A stretch of 64,000 bases of DNA, from contig CM022667.1 in NCBI GenBank assembly GCA_012295275.1, forward strand, positions 11,222,001 through 11,286,000, given 5' to 3'. This stretch comes from Chrysomallon squamiferum. Taxonomy: Eukaryota; Animalia; Mollusca. Within the stretch, counting starts at the first letter, position 1, and each line of letters begins with the position of its first letter. Below are positions 1 to 12,867 of this stretch, in pieces. The translations under genes and the position numbers were made by a program. The notes below the pieces were generated by a model that saw only the letters and a program-made list of their open reading frames with translations, did not search any database and was not told where the DNA came from.

Positions 1-439
1 CGTTTTGACATATTGGAAGGGTAAATTACAAACGAGTTTAAGTCTCAATCGAAGCAGAAGACAAAAGAGAATCAGAATATCAGATGCACGTATGACGTGT
101 CAGCTGATCAACACAACTGAGAGAAGCTCGTGAATGAACGAAAAATTAAAGAACAAGGACTTAAAAACATGCACTGTATACATTTGTATCATTTATTTCG
201 AGCAATTAACTATTAAATTAAATTTCTATTTATATAATTTGTAAAGAAGAAAGATTGTTAAAGCGGGATATCGTTAAGCGAGATGTTACTGTATTTATAC
301 AATAATAATCGCTTTCCAAATAATCTGGAGCAGTTCATTAAAATGACTGAGGTAAAACCAAACATGTCAATAAGACCACTGAACCACATTTAGCCTTTCT
401 ACGAAATGGGATTCTACCATATGGGAGTAAGCCAATCCA

Positions 440-773
440 TGTAGATAAAAACAAATGTCCTCGATGCTCTTGGATAAGGCGGTAACTTATTGTTATAGAG
501 GCAAGAAGTATTATAAAATTAAATGACACTAGTGATCATACATTCTGTTGTGTCCTGTTTATACGCCTTTTGAATGCATACTATTCTTAATTTAGTTTTT
601 CTTTAAATATATATCTACAGTTAACCCATACATTAAAAAGAACGAATGAATGCATGAATGAATGAATGAAAAAATAAATGAACAAAATGATCTTAATGAT
701 TAAACTCTTAATCAAGAGTTTTAAATATTAAATGCTGGATTAAATTTTAGCATTTTTATTTAAGTTTTTGTTT

Positions 774-841
<68 letters not shown>

Positions 842-1490
842 CTAAGAAGACGTTGCCTTCACGTTAAAGCTTGCACGATATGCGGACTCTCATGGTTCCG
901 GTGACCTTTTCGAACTCAAAACAGTAAACACTTCTCGTCCAATCGTTCGCTTTCTTTCATCTTACGTACAACGAGGTCGTTTTACACAACCAGGCCACAG
1001 TTAGGTGGCATGTTTTTATGTTTCGTGAAAACCTGTCTCTGACGTCATTGCAGAAACAGAGTGCGTTCTAAGAAATAAGCAAAAATAGTTATTTGATTTG
1101 ATTTTGTTTTTTTAAAGAAAAAGAAAGAAAGAAGGTCGCTGACACAACCGGAACTAAATGTAGCAGATATCCGTACAGATGTTCATCCGTGATGCTCCTG
1201 GGTTTTACGGTAGTAGAGACAAAGAAGTATTATAAAATTAAATAACGATAGTGACCACACATTCTGTTGTGTCCTGTTTCCGTACTTTTTAAGTGTATAC
1301 TGCCTACACAATTCTTAATTTAGCTTTCCCACTAAATATTATGTCTACAGTAAACCAGACATCAAAATCAAGGAGTGAATGCAAGAATGAATGAATCAAT
1401 GAATGAATGAAACAATAAATGAACAAATTAAATACTGAATGTTAAATACTGGATTAAATTTTAACATTATTATTTTAGTTTTGTTTTAAT

Positions 1491-1580
<90 letters not shown>
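440..1580. repeat. Diverged tandem duplication of a ~400-bp upstream block (about 440-840 vs 1160-1580), each copy ending in an (AG)n tract
   Basis: Shared strings in both copies, e.g. AGAAGTATTATAAAATTAAAT, CATTCTGTTGTGTCCTGTTT, ATTCTTAATTTAG, CTGGATTAAATTTTA and TTTTGTTTTAATGAGAGAG. Boundaries are approximate. Confidence 0.7.
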
Positions 1581-1583
<3 letters not shown>

Positions 1584-1796
1584 TATGTGTGTGAATGGGG
1601 CAGGGTGCGAGAGAATCTGCTTGAAAGGGGGAAGGAGAGAGAGAGAGCGAAAGAGAGAGAAAGAAAGAGTGAGAAAAGCAAGTAAAATAGAAAATGGAAA
1701 CATTATTATAATTCATCTCGTTAAATCAATAATTAAAAGAAAATAAGAGAGAGAGAGACTTTTGCTTTGATTTTTACTGTAACTACATCAGCGCTG

Positions 1797-1996
1797 TGAC
1801 TCATGACGTCTGTTTTCATATATTTTTCCCGAACCGGCATGACCCCGACTGCGTCGATTAAAAGCAGTAATCCATGGAAATAAAAACAAAAGTTCTTTGA
1901 AAACATTTCTCAAACCCGGACACGCCTCGACAACCAATCAAACAAACATCCCGGATTAATGACCTCGGGGAAACGTCCTGTTTCGCCGCTATAAAA
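1797..1996 (+). promoter_or_regulatory. Proximal promoter of gene A: AP-1 site abutting a CRE-like site, CCAAT box, kB-like site, TATA box
   Basis: TGACTCA 1797-1803 directly followed by TGACGTC 1804-1810; CCAAT 1934-1938; GGGGAAACGTCC 1967-1978; TATAAAA 1990-1996, ~60 bp before the ATG. AP-1/CRE and TATA are conserved in paralogs B and C. Motif matches only. Confidence 0.6.
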
Positions 1997-2057
1997 AATG
2001 GAATCACGAAATTCGACAGACATTACCAAACCTTTCAACCCTCTTCGATTCGCAGTC

Positions 2058-2736
2058 ATGAAGGTTTTTCTTCTCATCGCCGCAGTTGTGTACGTCTGCA
2101 CTGCTGCGACTTCAACGACCACTACGGCTCCCGATGTTTCAACGAGCTCCGCCGATCCACAAGTGAATGACGTCAAAGACAAATCGGAACTGTATGACGG
2201 AATCGATCTGAATTCTTTGACGGAAAAGGAACTCGAGTTACTTGCTGATGCCGAAGATGAAGTATTTATCGGAGAGTTGGGTAAATTCTGTTAAATTTTT
2301 TTTTTCTTCTTCTTATCTTTTCTTTCTTGCTTTTTTTCTTTCTTTTTTTTTTTCTTTCTTACTTTGTTCTTGTTCTTTTTGATCCATGAATTTTGTAAAT
2401 GCTTAAAGACAACAATTTAAAAATCACTGAAAATCTTGGTACATGGGTAGTTGTAATACTGAATTCTTGCTGTTCTTGCTCTATAAATATCTACGGAAAG
2501 AGATTACTGAAGTAAAGAATCACGTGAGATGAAAACTGTAAAAAGAACATTCATGGTAGCCATCTTTCTTTCTTTCTTTGCTGTTGTTGTATTTGCTGTT
2601 ATGAAGATTATTGATGATGATGGTAGCTGGTGTTAATGTTATCATAATCATGATCACCGTTATCATTATTTAACTATTATTAGTATTATTATTGTTGTTG
2701 ACGTTCTAGTTGTTGTTGTTGTTGCAAGTATTATTA

Positions 2737-2792
<56 letters not shown>

Positions 2793-2829
2793 TTATTATT
2801 ATTATTTCTTTTTATTACTTTATTCTATT

Positions 2830-2860
<31 letters not shown>

Positions 2861-3121
2861 TTATTATTATGATTATTTGTTTTTCACAGACATCTGGGGA
2901 ATTAAAACGGGTCTGAAAGAGAAAGGGCGAAGAGAAAAACGGTGGATTTCTGCCCTCATGTCAATGGGCAGAGTCTTGTTCCGCGGAGCTTCAAGAGGAG
3001 CTCTTTCGAGAGGTTCAAAAAAACGTCTTACAAGACAGTACTATAAGCAAGGTAAATGAATGAATGAATAAATGAACTGTTGATATTATTATTGTTATTA
3101 TTATTATTGTTATTATTGTTA

Positions 3122-3171
<50 letters not shown>

Positions 3172-3917
3172 GGTGGTGGTGGTGTTAGTAGTATTAGTAT
3201 TAGTATTAGTAATAGTAGTAGTAGTAGTAGTAGTAGTAGTATAACAGTTACAGTTGTAGTAGCAGTAATAGCAGCAACAAACGTCGTAGAAGTACCAGGT
3301 GCAGCAGTGATGTTTATTCATTCATTTACTCATTTATTTATTTATACACAGTTCTAAATATAACCTATACTTAATGTAACGGTTGCTAACAGCAAACATC
3401 TGAAATCGTTAAATTCACTGACCAACGTCACAAACCTTAAATAGCAATTAAAGTTAGAAAATGTCTGAGATTATAAAATTCAACAGACAAATATAATGTA
3501 CGTATGCAAAATATTTTATGTAGAGTTTATTTTCCCTTCCTTAGTGTCTTTTTTTATTTTTATAAAATATTTCCTGTAACCAACTTAAACGCTCTGAGGT
3601 TTGTGAAACAGTAACATACAGAGACGCTCCTTTCACTATTCTAGGTCTACTAATATCATTTTTTACGGTTTTCTAATTGCCTCAGGGCTAAGCTGTGACG
3701 TGCATATGTAACATAAACCTTAGTTAATAAGCTTGTAACTCTTACTAGAGATCTAATGATATATCTTCCTACAGAAACAGGATGGGCTCTTTCAAACTGC
3801 TATAGCTTCTGATTTCCGTGTTTGTTAGACATAGCTGACACTGAATAAAATTTTTTTTATTTTATTTTTTTTATTTTTTTATTTATATAGAAGCAGTAGT
3901 AGCAGCAGCAGTAGTGA

Positions 3918-3960
<43 letters not shown>

Positions 3961-4028
3961 TGTTGGTTGTGTTATTGTTACTCTGGAAATGTATATACAA
4001 AACAAGCATAATGTACACGCAGATGTCC

Positions 4029-4070
<42 letters not shown>

Positions 4071-4463
4071 AACACAGGTCGCTTAGACATACGCGCACAC
4101 ACACACGAACACACATATACTCAACAATACACACACAAACGAATACAAAAGCACAAATTCTGTAATTCAGTATCTGTTTAGGACATTAAAGCAGAAGATT
4201 ACAATTTGAAAACATTGACTAAAAATAATTTCATTTATTATCCAGGTGGCTACCGAAGTGCTCTGCGTGACTTCAGCAGACTGAAGACTCAAGGAACGAA
4301 ACCGTTCACAGGCAACAATGGTCTCCGTGGATACACCGGGCGTATTGGAAACCACAAAGTTACCGTTCGTAACAGCAGCAGCAAAGGAATTCCCACCCTG
4401 GATATTCGTTCTCCCAGACCAGGAAAACACTCTTTTACAAGAAAATTTAGATACCAGAATTAG
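2058..4463 (+). CDS. Secreted prepro-protein paralog A (200 aa): signal peptide, acidic propeptide, furin site RREKR, 108-aa cationic mature protein with a CdiA-CT/polymorphic-toxin-like C-terminal domain; putative antimicrobial effector
   Basis: Exons 2058-2280, 2890-3051, 4246-4463; both introns GT-AG phase 1; frame open to TAG. Mature: WISALMSMGRVLFRGASRGALSRGSKKRLTRQYYKQGGYRSALRDFSRLKTQGTKPFTGNNGLRGYTGRIGNHKVTVRNSSSKGIPTLDIRSPRPGKHSFTRKFRYQN (25 K/R, 2 D/E). Same exon structure in B and C. The gene model is strong; the product call is motif recall plus inference. Confidence 0.85.
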
Positions 4464-4611
4464 AAAGAGACGGACTTTGAGAAATCAGCAGAAATGATTG
4501 AAAATATCGGTTAAAAAAACAAAATTTATAATGACCAAATTAGTGTTTGTGATACGAAACGTTCAGGACCTCGATTATCAACATCCACATCGATTTCTTT
4601 TCCCTTTTGTT

Positions 4612-4643
4612 CTATCTATCTATATTTCTATCTATCTATATAT

Positions 4644-4738
<95 letters not shown>
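4612..4738. repeat. (TCTA)n microsatellite in the 3' flank of gene A
   Basis: Visible tetranucleotide run; source of the spurious SIYL-repeat ORF at 4498-4782. Confidence 0.95.
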
Positions 4739-4739
<1 letters not shown>

Positions 4740-4862
4740 TATTATTATTATTATTATTATTTTAAAATTACTGTTGTGGTAACTATACAAAATAAATACT
4801 GAAACTGAAATTTTGTTTGTTTGTTTGTTTGTGAGAGAGAGAAACAGAGAGAGAAATAGAGG

Positions 4863-4950
<88 letters not shown>

Positions 4951-5539
4951 AACAGAGAGAGAGAGAGAGGAGTACTGTATGAATAAAAATTTATTTTAAC
5001 GAAATCGTTAGTCTGTTTTGACCATTTGTTTTCCTGTTTTTTCTTTTTAATTCTCTCTTTCCTGTTTGTGTGTGAAAACGAAAACATTGTGTCGCTCTCT
5101 ATCTTTTTGTTCTTATGCTCTTTGTATTTGATCTATATTTAGTTTTAAACCAGTCTGACTTGCAATAAATTAATATTATTACATCTGCATCCATCCATTC
5201 ATTCATGCCTGGCTTCGCTTTGTCACCAACTAATTTATTATAGGTTTCATTTTAGACGATTTCTATCTAATAAAGCTGCGTATCTCTTATTTAACATACA
5301 GTTATCTTTTTTTTTACCTGTGTAGTGTGCGAAGCCCATCCCGTCCCCACCCTCCCAAAGAAACAAGAAATAAACAACAAAAAACAGGTGTTCTGTTCTC
5401 GTATTAACTTTTCTAAGACGTTTATCGCTACAAACAAAATAATTATTTCTAATACAGCAAAATATCATCTGACTGATAATAACGATTCAAACACACGGCT
5501 GTGGACTAACTACCTCACTGTTTAGGCTAAATCATTCAA

Positions 5540-5587
<48 letters not shown>

Positions 5588-5720
5588 GTACTAGTAGTAG
5601 AAGTAGTAGTGGCAGACCATTTCTCACAGCCAGTTGCAATCGATACTATTAGTAATATGTGTTTATTTATTCATTTATTTATTTATTTCAACTTTTTTTT
5701 TTTTTTTTTTTTTTACTGCA

Positions 5721-6136
5721 TTTAACTTTATTGACATAATCGCGTAAAATTCCGTTGTAAATATGTAAGAAAAACATTTGTCGACTTCAACAACTCCTGT
5801 AACAACCAGTCATCTTCGGCTGCTCTCAAAACAGGAGGTTTATTTCCCACAAATCAAAAATCATGCTGGTCACAAGGCAAGGGAGATTACTCTGTATCAC
5901 CTCAATCTGTGGAGACCAGAGTTATCGGTCTTAGACTTCCAGAATATTCGTTTAATCCAAACAACACAAACTCATCGTCGACAACAGATGCTGAATACGT
6001 GAATTACGCACTTTATCTGCGCAGACTGATGTTTATTTTGGCTTTCTTTGGACTTTATCTCTTCATTATTGCCGCATTTATTTCTTTGCAGATCGAGCGG
6101 AACAAGCTAGAGAGTATCAGTAAAATAAATGTATAA
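5721..6136 (+). pseudogene. Orphan terminal-exon-like ORF with a C-terminal transmembrane helix, copy 1
   Basis: Frame open 5735-6136, ending ...YLRRLMFILAFFGLYLFIIAAFISLQIERNKLESISKINV*. Preceded by a poly-T tract ending TGCAT (acceptor-like, but AT rather than AG). Has a 1-bp deletion near its start relative to copy 2 and no upstream in-frame ATG. Confidence 0.35.
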
Positions 6137-7136
6137 CGTTTTCTCCGTTTTGTTTGATTTATTTTCCTTTGCTTGGAATAAAGCTAATTCCGTTTATTAA
6201 GGGTTTTTGTAGAATCAAAACAAATCTATGGATCCAGAATTTTAGCTGTTATCGCGTAAATTCGACCTGGGCTTTTTATTCGTGTGCGTTAAAATGTGCG
6301 TCTTGGTATTTTATGAAATGAAGTAACAAAGATATTAACCTTTTATCATGCTGAATCATAATAAAATCTCTTATTTTCAAGGATTTTACTGATACAAACA
6401 AACAAGTAAGTAAAAAAGTAAAATTAAAACGAATTAATTTAAGGGGGTAAAAAATTAAAATAAGGATAATATTCCATCTTCAAAAATATATTGGGCATAT
6501 TGATGACTAAAGAATAGACTTGAAATGTTACTGGTTGCTGTTTCGGTTTATAGTGACAAAAGATTTATATAAGATAATACTTGAATAAAAGACGGGGTTT
6601 TTGGGGACGGTATTTCTTATGTGGTTTTTTTGTTTGTGTGTTTTTTTTTTGGTTTGTTTGTTGTTGTTGTTGTTGTTTTTTTTTGTTGTTTTTTCAGAGG
6701 TGATGGTTTGGCTTTATATAAGTTCACAAGTAAAAATGATAATTTTATGTTAACAGATACGGTGATGTATTAGATAGATACTAATAACTTGCATGAACGA
6801 CAAAGCCAAGACAAGCATGAACGAATGGATGCACGCAAATGTAATAATATTAATTTATTGGTAACCAAGCTTTCCACATTAAATAAATGTTGTTTAAAAC
6901 ATAGATCAGATAATGCTGATAACACTAGGGTACACACGTGTTGGTGTACACAGATAGAACAATGTTAATTTGTTGCTAATAAAAGGTCATTGAGCTGTAT
7001 TAGACAAATGATTAAAACTAAACTAATGTTCACACGAAAACGAGATCAACTACCTTGAAAATGTTGGTTTATATAACAAGACAGAAAAACACAAGTGCTG
7101 TGCTATTTATTTGAGGGTCAGTTGTCAGAAATTCTG

Positions 7137-7810
7137 TTACTCTGGTTTTATGGTGTATCTGAAACTATGGAGTTCAAGATCAGGCAGGACTTTAAATCTC
7201 TGAATCTCTGTTTCTGGCCTTCGGTTTGCAAGTGACCAAAAATAAGCTCCGTCCACATAAAGCGTGTATTTCGTACCCACACATCTCACTGTTACACTAA
7301 ACAGCGTATCGAGGCTGAACGGAAACAGTTCCACTTCTTCCTTAATTTCAGACAGTTCTGTGTGAACAATTTTCCGAGTTGTAAAATCAATGACCAGCTG
7401 GAAGACACTCTCACCGGAATTCCCAAGCAAAGCGAAACCGAAAGTAGTGTTCAACCGTTGTACACCGGTCATTTCAAATTCCGTGGAAGTCGTCATATGA
7501 CAGGGCAACGGTTGACCAGATTCTGGCAAAGACGTCCACGTCCACGTCATGTTGGAACATTCGTCGTCAAAGTCCTCCCAGTATCCATTTTCTGAGCACG
7601 TAATCATTAAGACGTTACGACCGCAGAAGGAGTAACCGTCGACACAGACGTACGTTGCAGTAGACTCTGGAATCAGTGACGTGTAGTGAACAGACGAAAA
7701 GGGAACTGTTGACGGTCTGTCACACAAGATCTTCGTCAAGCACGTCGTGTCCTTTTCAAACGAACCTTCTCGTTCGTTTCCCGAGTCCTGATGCTCTGAC
7801 ACGATCCTTC
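7137..7810 (-). pseudogene. 5'-truncated intronless gene: sushi/CCP domain plus galectin-like beta-sandwich domain
   Basis: ORF 7137-7802 has CDRPSTVPFSSVHY...ATYVCVDGY...ITCSENGYWEDFDDEC (sushi Cys/Trp pattern), then ...FPFSLDTLFSVTVRCVGTKYTLYVDGAYFWSLANR (galectin-like FPF...F...VDG pattern without the HxNxR sugar motif). About 400 bp carrying the start codon, signal peptide and PAN domain (present at 14800-15200 in copy 2) is deleted at ~7810. Confidence 0.7.
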
Positions 7811-8085
7811 TTATATTTCTTATATTTCCAGTTAAAGCTATGTTTTATTTAGAAGGGCGGATTACTTTCTTTGTACCAGTGTTGAAGATCGAACGAACAT
7901 TTGTGAAGAAATGTCCACTAAGCTGGTAGCATAATGAGACTGAAATATGTGGACATAAAAATTTATTTTGTTAAATAAAAAATAGGTTTTTCTAATGAGT
8001 TTGCTAAAAAAAATTTTAAAAATTACACACAAACTATTAATTTTTATATTTTTATTATGTGCAGTAACCAAAATAGTCATTTCAA

Positions 8086-8148
<63 letters not shown>

Positions 8149-8291
8149 CAAAGTGGACAAGTGGGAAAATACATATTGATGTTGATGGTCGATGTGCTGA
8201 ACGCTTCGTATCACAAACGCTTATTTCGTCATTATAATACTGCTTCTAACCCATATTTTCAGTTATTTCTGCTGATTTCTCTTTTTAATTG

Positions 8292-10774
8292 TTAATATCT
8301 GATTTTTCTGACGGTGGATCCGCCGCCTCGTCTGGGAGAACGAATTTCCAGGGTGGGTCTTCCGTTGCTGCTGCTGTTACGAACGGTAACTCTGTGGTTT
8401 CCCATACGTCCGGTATATCCACGGAGACCATTGTTGCCTCTGATCGGTTTCGTTCCTTGAGTCCTGAGTCTGCTGAAGTCACGCAGAGCACTTCGGAAAC
8501 CACCTGGATGATAAAATAAATTATTTTTAATTAATGTTTTCAAATTGTAACTTTCAGTTTTGCGTGTACATTATACTTGTTTTCTATATACAGCAATAAC
8601 TATTACTAGTGCCACCGCCTCTAGTACTACTACTGCTTCTCTATAAATCAATAAATCAATAAATATATAAATAAGTAAATAAATAAATAAATAAATTAAT
8701 AAACAAACAAACAAACAAACAAATAAATAAATAAATAAACGAACAAACAAACAAATAAAGAAAGATGTATCATTAGATCTCTGGTAAGAGTTACAAACTT
8801 ATTAACTAAGGTTTATGTCACATTTGCACGTCATTGCCTAGCCCTGAGGGAAGCAGGAAACAGTAAAACATGTTTGTGGACCTGGAAATGTCAAAGGAGC
8901 CTCTCTGTATATTACTGTTTCAAAATCATCAAAGCGTCTAAGTTGTTTCAAAAAAAAAAAAAAAAAAAAAAAAAAATAGACCTTGAGTACACTCTGAATA
9001 AAATAATTTGCATAAGCACATTAAACCAAACAGAAAAATGTTTCTTGAATTTTATAACCTAAGAGTTTCTAATTGTAACTGCTACTGAAATGTTTGTGAC
9101 GTTCGTGAATGAATTTGACGGTTTCAGGTTTTTACTGTTAGCAACTGTTTTATTAAGTATAGGTTACATTTAATACTGTGTATAAATAAATAAATGAATA
9201 CATAAATAAATAAACACTAGCAGCATCTGCTATTACTACGACTACTATTACTGCTACTACTAGTTCTGTTACTGCTAATACTATCACGACAACGACAACA
9301 ACAATCATACCACTACGCTTCCTGGACTTGGTCAAACACTAAGGTCATGACAACTGAACGATGGGTCACATTTGTTTTGGTAAACACACACACACACACG
9401 TCTGGTGGTTTGCTAAGTTATGTTGGAAACTGGCGCACGAAGCGAAAGTAAACCTAGCTAGACACGTATTACAAAGCTATGCATGGTTGTAATATTTATA
9501 AGAAAATGTTAGCTGCTGGCATTTATTACATTCATTCATAGTTATACGTATGTTAGGATATACTTTATTCTCTCTCGCTTTACTTCTTTTATTTTATTTT
9601 ATTTTTTTCGAATTATTATTACTATTACTACTACTACTACTATTATTACTATTATTATTAGTATTATTATCATCATCGTTATTATTATTATTATTGTTGT
9701 TGTTGTTATTATTATTATTATTATTATTATGATTATTATTATTATTATTATTAATCTAAACCAAGAAAATTGTCACTAAATTACATCCAGACATACACAC
9801 ACACTTTCATTCATCCATTCATTCATCCATCCGTCAATTCCTTCATTCATTCCTTCGTTCACTTACCTTGCTTAGCGTAATGTCTGGTAAGACGAGCTCC
9901 ACTTCTTGTGATACCTTTTCTTATAGCTCCACGCAGCAGGGCTCTGCCGATTGCCATAACAAGTGGAACCCAGCGTTTTGGTCTTCGTACCTTATCTTTG
10001 AGAGCGGCTTTAATTCCCCAAACGTCTGTGAAAAACAAATAATAATAATAATAATAACAACAACAAAAACAACAACAACAACAAGAAACACACAACATCA
10101 ACAACAATAATAATAATAATAGTTAAGTAATGCTAAATGGTGATGATGATTACGATAACGTTAACGACAGTTACACTCATCATCAACATCTTCATAACGA
10201 CAAATACAACAACAGGAAAGATAGACGGCTAATGTGAATATTATTTTACAGATTTCCTATCACGTGATCCTTTACTTCAGTAATCTCATTATGTAGATAT
10301 TTATAGAGCAAGAACCCATACACACACATGTACCTAGATTTTCAGTTCTTGTTAGAATGGTTTTAATTTTAAATTATAGTTAGAATGGTTTTAATTTTAA
10401 ATTATTGTTTTTTAAGCATTTAAAAAATTCAAGAAACGAAAAGGAGAAGAAGACGAAAAAGAAGCAAGGAAGAACGAAAGAAAGAAAGGAAAAGAAACAA
10501 ACAAACAAACAAACAAAGAAAAGATAAGAGAAAAAATATAACAGAACGTACCCAACTGTCCGATAAATTCTTCATCTTCGGCATCAGCAAGTAACTTGAG
10601 TTCCTGTTCCGTCAAAGTATTCAGATCGATTCCATCATGAAGTTCCGATTTGTCTTTGACGTCATTCACTTGTGGATCGGCGGAGCTCGTTGAAACATCG
10701 GGAGCCGTGGTGGTCGTTGAAGTCGCAGCAGTGCAGATGTACACAAATGCGGCGATGAGAAGAAAAATCTTCAT
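8292..10774 (-). CDS. Secreted prepro-protein paralog B (197 aa): furin site RRPKR, 105-aa cationic mature protein with a CdiA-CT-like domain
   Basis: Exons 10552-10774, 9867-10025, 8292-8503; GT-AG phase-1 introns. Mature: WVPLVMAIGRALLRGAIRKGITRSGARLTRHYAKQGGFRSALRDFSRLRTQGTKPIRGNNGLRGYTGRMGNHRVTVRNSSSNGRPTLEIRSPRRGGGSTVRKIRY. Confidence 0.85.
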
Positions 10775-10835
10775 GACTGCGAATTGAAGAGGGTTGAACA
10801 GTTTGGTAATGTCTGTCGAATTTCGTGTTTTCTTT

Positions 10836-11035
10836 TTTTATAGCGGCGATACAGGACGTTTCACCGAAGTCATTAATCAGAGATGTTTGTTTGACTGGTT
10901 GTCGAGTTGTGTCCGGGTTTGACAAATGTTTCCAAGAAAACTTTTGTTTTTATTTCGATGGATTACTGCTTTTAATCGACGCAGTCAGAGACATGCCGGT
11001 TCGGGAAAATATGTGAAAAGAGACGTCATGAGTCA
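10836..11035 (-). promoter_or_regulatory. Proximal promoter of gene B (TATA and AP-1/CRE intact; CCAAT and kB-like sites mutated)
   Basis: TATAAAA on the minus strand at 10836-10842; GACGTCA-TGAGTCA 11022-11035. The kB-like site reads GGACGTTTCACC (GGACGTTTCCCC in A and C) and CCAAT has become CCAGT. Confidence 0.55.
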
Positions 11036-11286
11036 CAGTGCTGATGTAGTGACAGTAAAATAAAACTGTTTTAAAAACATACTGTGACAAGTCAAAGTGG
11101 TTTGAGAAAAGAGTTTTGGTATGACTAAGATATCTTTAAATCGAGTATTGTTGTTTTACGTCAGTTGAATTTTATTTTATTACTTGTTTTCTTTTTTCTT
11201 TTCTTTTGCATTATGTTCTTTTATTTGTTATTATTTTTCATTTAACAGGATGAACAGTATCATGTTTCCATTTTCCATTTTAATTG

Positions 11287-11365
<79 letters not shown>

Positions 11366-12679
11366 TAAAAAATAATAAAAAATTGTTTTTCTTTCATTTT
11401 CTTTTTCTTTCAGTTATTTTTCATTGACTGCTTCAGCGATTTCTACAGCCAATCTAACACGTTGTTCTACTATAACAGTTACTGTAACTACAACAGCAAC
11501 GACTACAGTAATATCTACTTACTCAGTGTTTCCTTAATTCTGCCGTAATGTTTCAAATTACTTAATTTCTTCTTCTTTACCCCTCTCAAATAAATGGTGC
11601 TATTATTAATAATCCTTCTGTTAATACAATTACTGCTACTACTACTGCTACTACTACTACTATTACTGCTGCTGCTGCTACTACTACTTCTGCTGCTACT
11701 ACTACCACTACTACCATCATGACTTCTATTACTTATTACCTCTTGTACCTTTACTAACTTTTATTATTACACCTACTACTACTACTGCTACCATACTACC
11801 GCAACCACCTCCACTACTAATAGCAATACTACTACCGATTATATTATTACTGTTTATACTACTATTAAAGGAACAACAACTACTACTACTACTTCTACTG
11901 TCAGCACTTACACATTATGACTGTTACTTCCACTGCCATTGCTCTAGTTACCACAACTACTATTGTTACCATTTTCAACTACTACTACTACTACAAGCCA
12001 ACACCAATGGGACTTTTACTACTATTACTGCTATTATTAATAAATATTATGAACACAAATTATTTTGACGAAACGGTGACAAAGCATATTGTTATTTTTT
12101 TTTCTTACTGTACCTCTCTCTTTCCTGTTTTAATTTGTATTTTCTGTCTTTGTCTCTGTCTCCTTGTTGTAAGTTTGTGTGTGTGTGTGTGTAAAAACTG
12201 TTTAATGGTGTTGCTCTGAATGTTTTTTTCTTATGCTCTATGTATTTGATTTATATTTTGTTTTAAACCCGTCTGACTAGCAATAAATTAATATTATTAC
12301 ATCTGCGTGCATCCATTCATTCATGCGTGCCTTCGCTTTGTCACCAACTAATTTATTATCGGTTTCATTTTAGACGATTTCTATCTAATAAAACTGTGTA
12401 TCTCTTAATTAACATACAATGTTCAGTTTTACCTGTGTAGTATGCGAAGCCCATCCCATGCCTACCCACCCGAAGAAACAAGAAAAAAAAAAAAAATAAA
12501 AAAATAAAAAAAACAGGTGTTCTATTTACTTTTCAAATTAAGTTTTCTAAGACGTTTATCTGACTGATAATAACAAACAAAATAATTATTTCTGATACAG
12601 CAAACTATCATTTGATGATAATAAAGATTGAAATGACATTTTTGTGCTGCTATTATTCTTATTTTGTGGACTAACAACA

Positions 12680-12763
<84 letters not shown>

Positions 12764-12867
12764 GTACTAGTAGTAGAAGTAGTAGTAGCAGACCATTTCT
12801 CACAGCCAGTTGCAATCGATACTATTACTAATTTATTTATTTCATCTTTTTTTTTCTTTTTACTGCA

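Larger units (their letters stand above)
840..5360. repeat. Inverted duplication arm (gene A plus flanks), matching the reverse complement of ~15450-20490 and ~13830-14050 (also ~6690-6910)
   Basis: 841-1490 matches revcomp 19835-20490; promoter and exons match; intron 3595-3840 matches revcomp 16805-17053; 3' flank 4470-4590 matches revcomp 16075-16185; 5125-5360 matches revcomp 6690-6910 and 13830-14050. Confidence 0.85.
4980..12005. repeat. Tandem segmental duplication, unit 1 (spacer, TM exon, lectin-like pseudogene, gene B, upstream flank)
   Basis: Collinear with ~12050-21335: 5100-7130 vs 12220-14230, 7830-7990 vs 15210-15375, 8060-8545 vs 15935-16445, 9310-9600 vs 17570-17880, 11410-12005 vs 20715-21335. 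Unit 1 lacks several segments present in unit 2. Confidence 0.9.

Noticed and set aside
1998-2057. Upstream ATG extending gene A by 20 aa (MESRNSTD...)
   Set aside because: It lies immediately after the TATA box, so probably upstream of the transcription start. It is absent in B and C and would bury the signal peptide.
4206-4245. Exon-3 ORFs (MKTLTKNN...) as stand-alone bacterial-type genes or contamination
   Set aside because: The starts are TTG or intronic, a conserved CCAG acceptor joins exon 2 in phase in all three copies, and the flanks are eukaryotic.
4167-4430. Antisense ORFs over exon 3 of each paralog (also 8289-8519 and 16188-16418) and over exon 1, considered as possible immunity genes
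   Set aside because: They are shadows of the conserved sense exons, with different starts among copies and no independent promoter or splice signals.
5125-6910. Apparent MITE/foldback element with ~200-bp terminal inverted repeats
   Set aside because: The inverted match is the inner end of the larger gene A versus B/C inverted duplication; no target-site duplication or sharp termini were seen.
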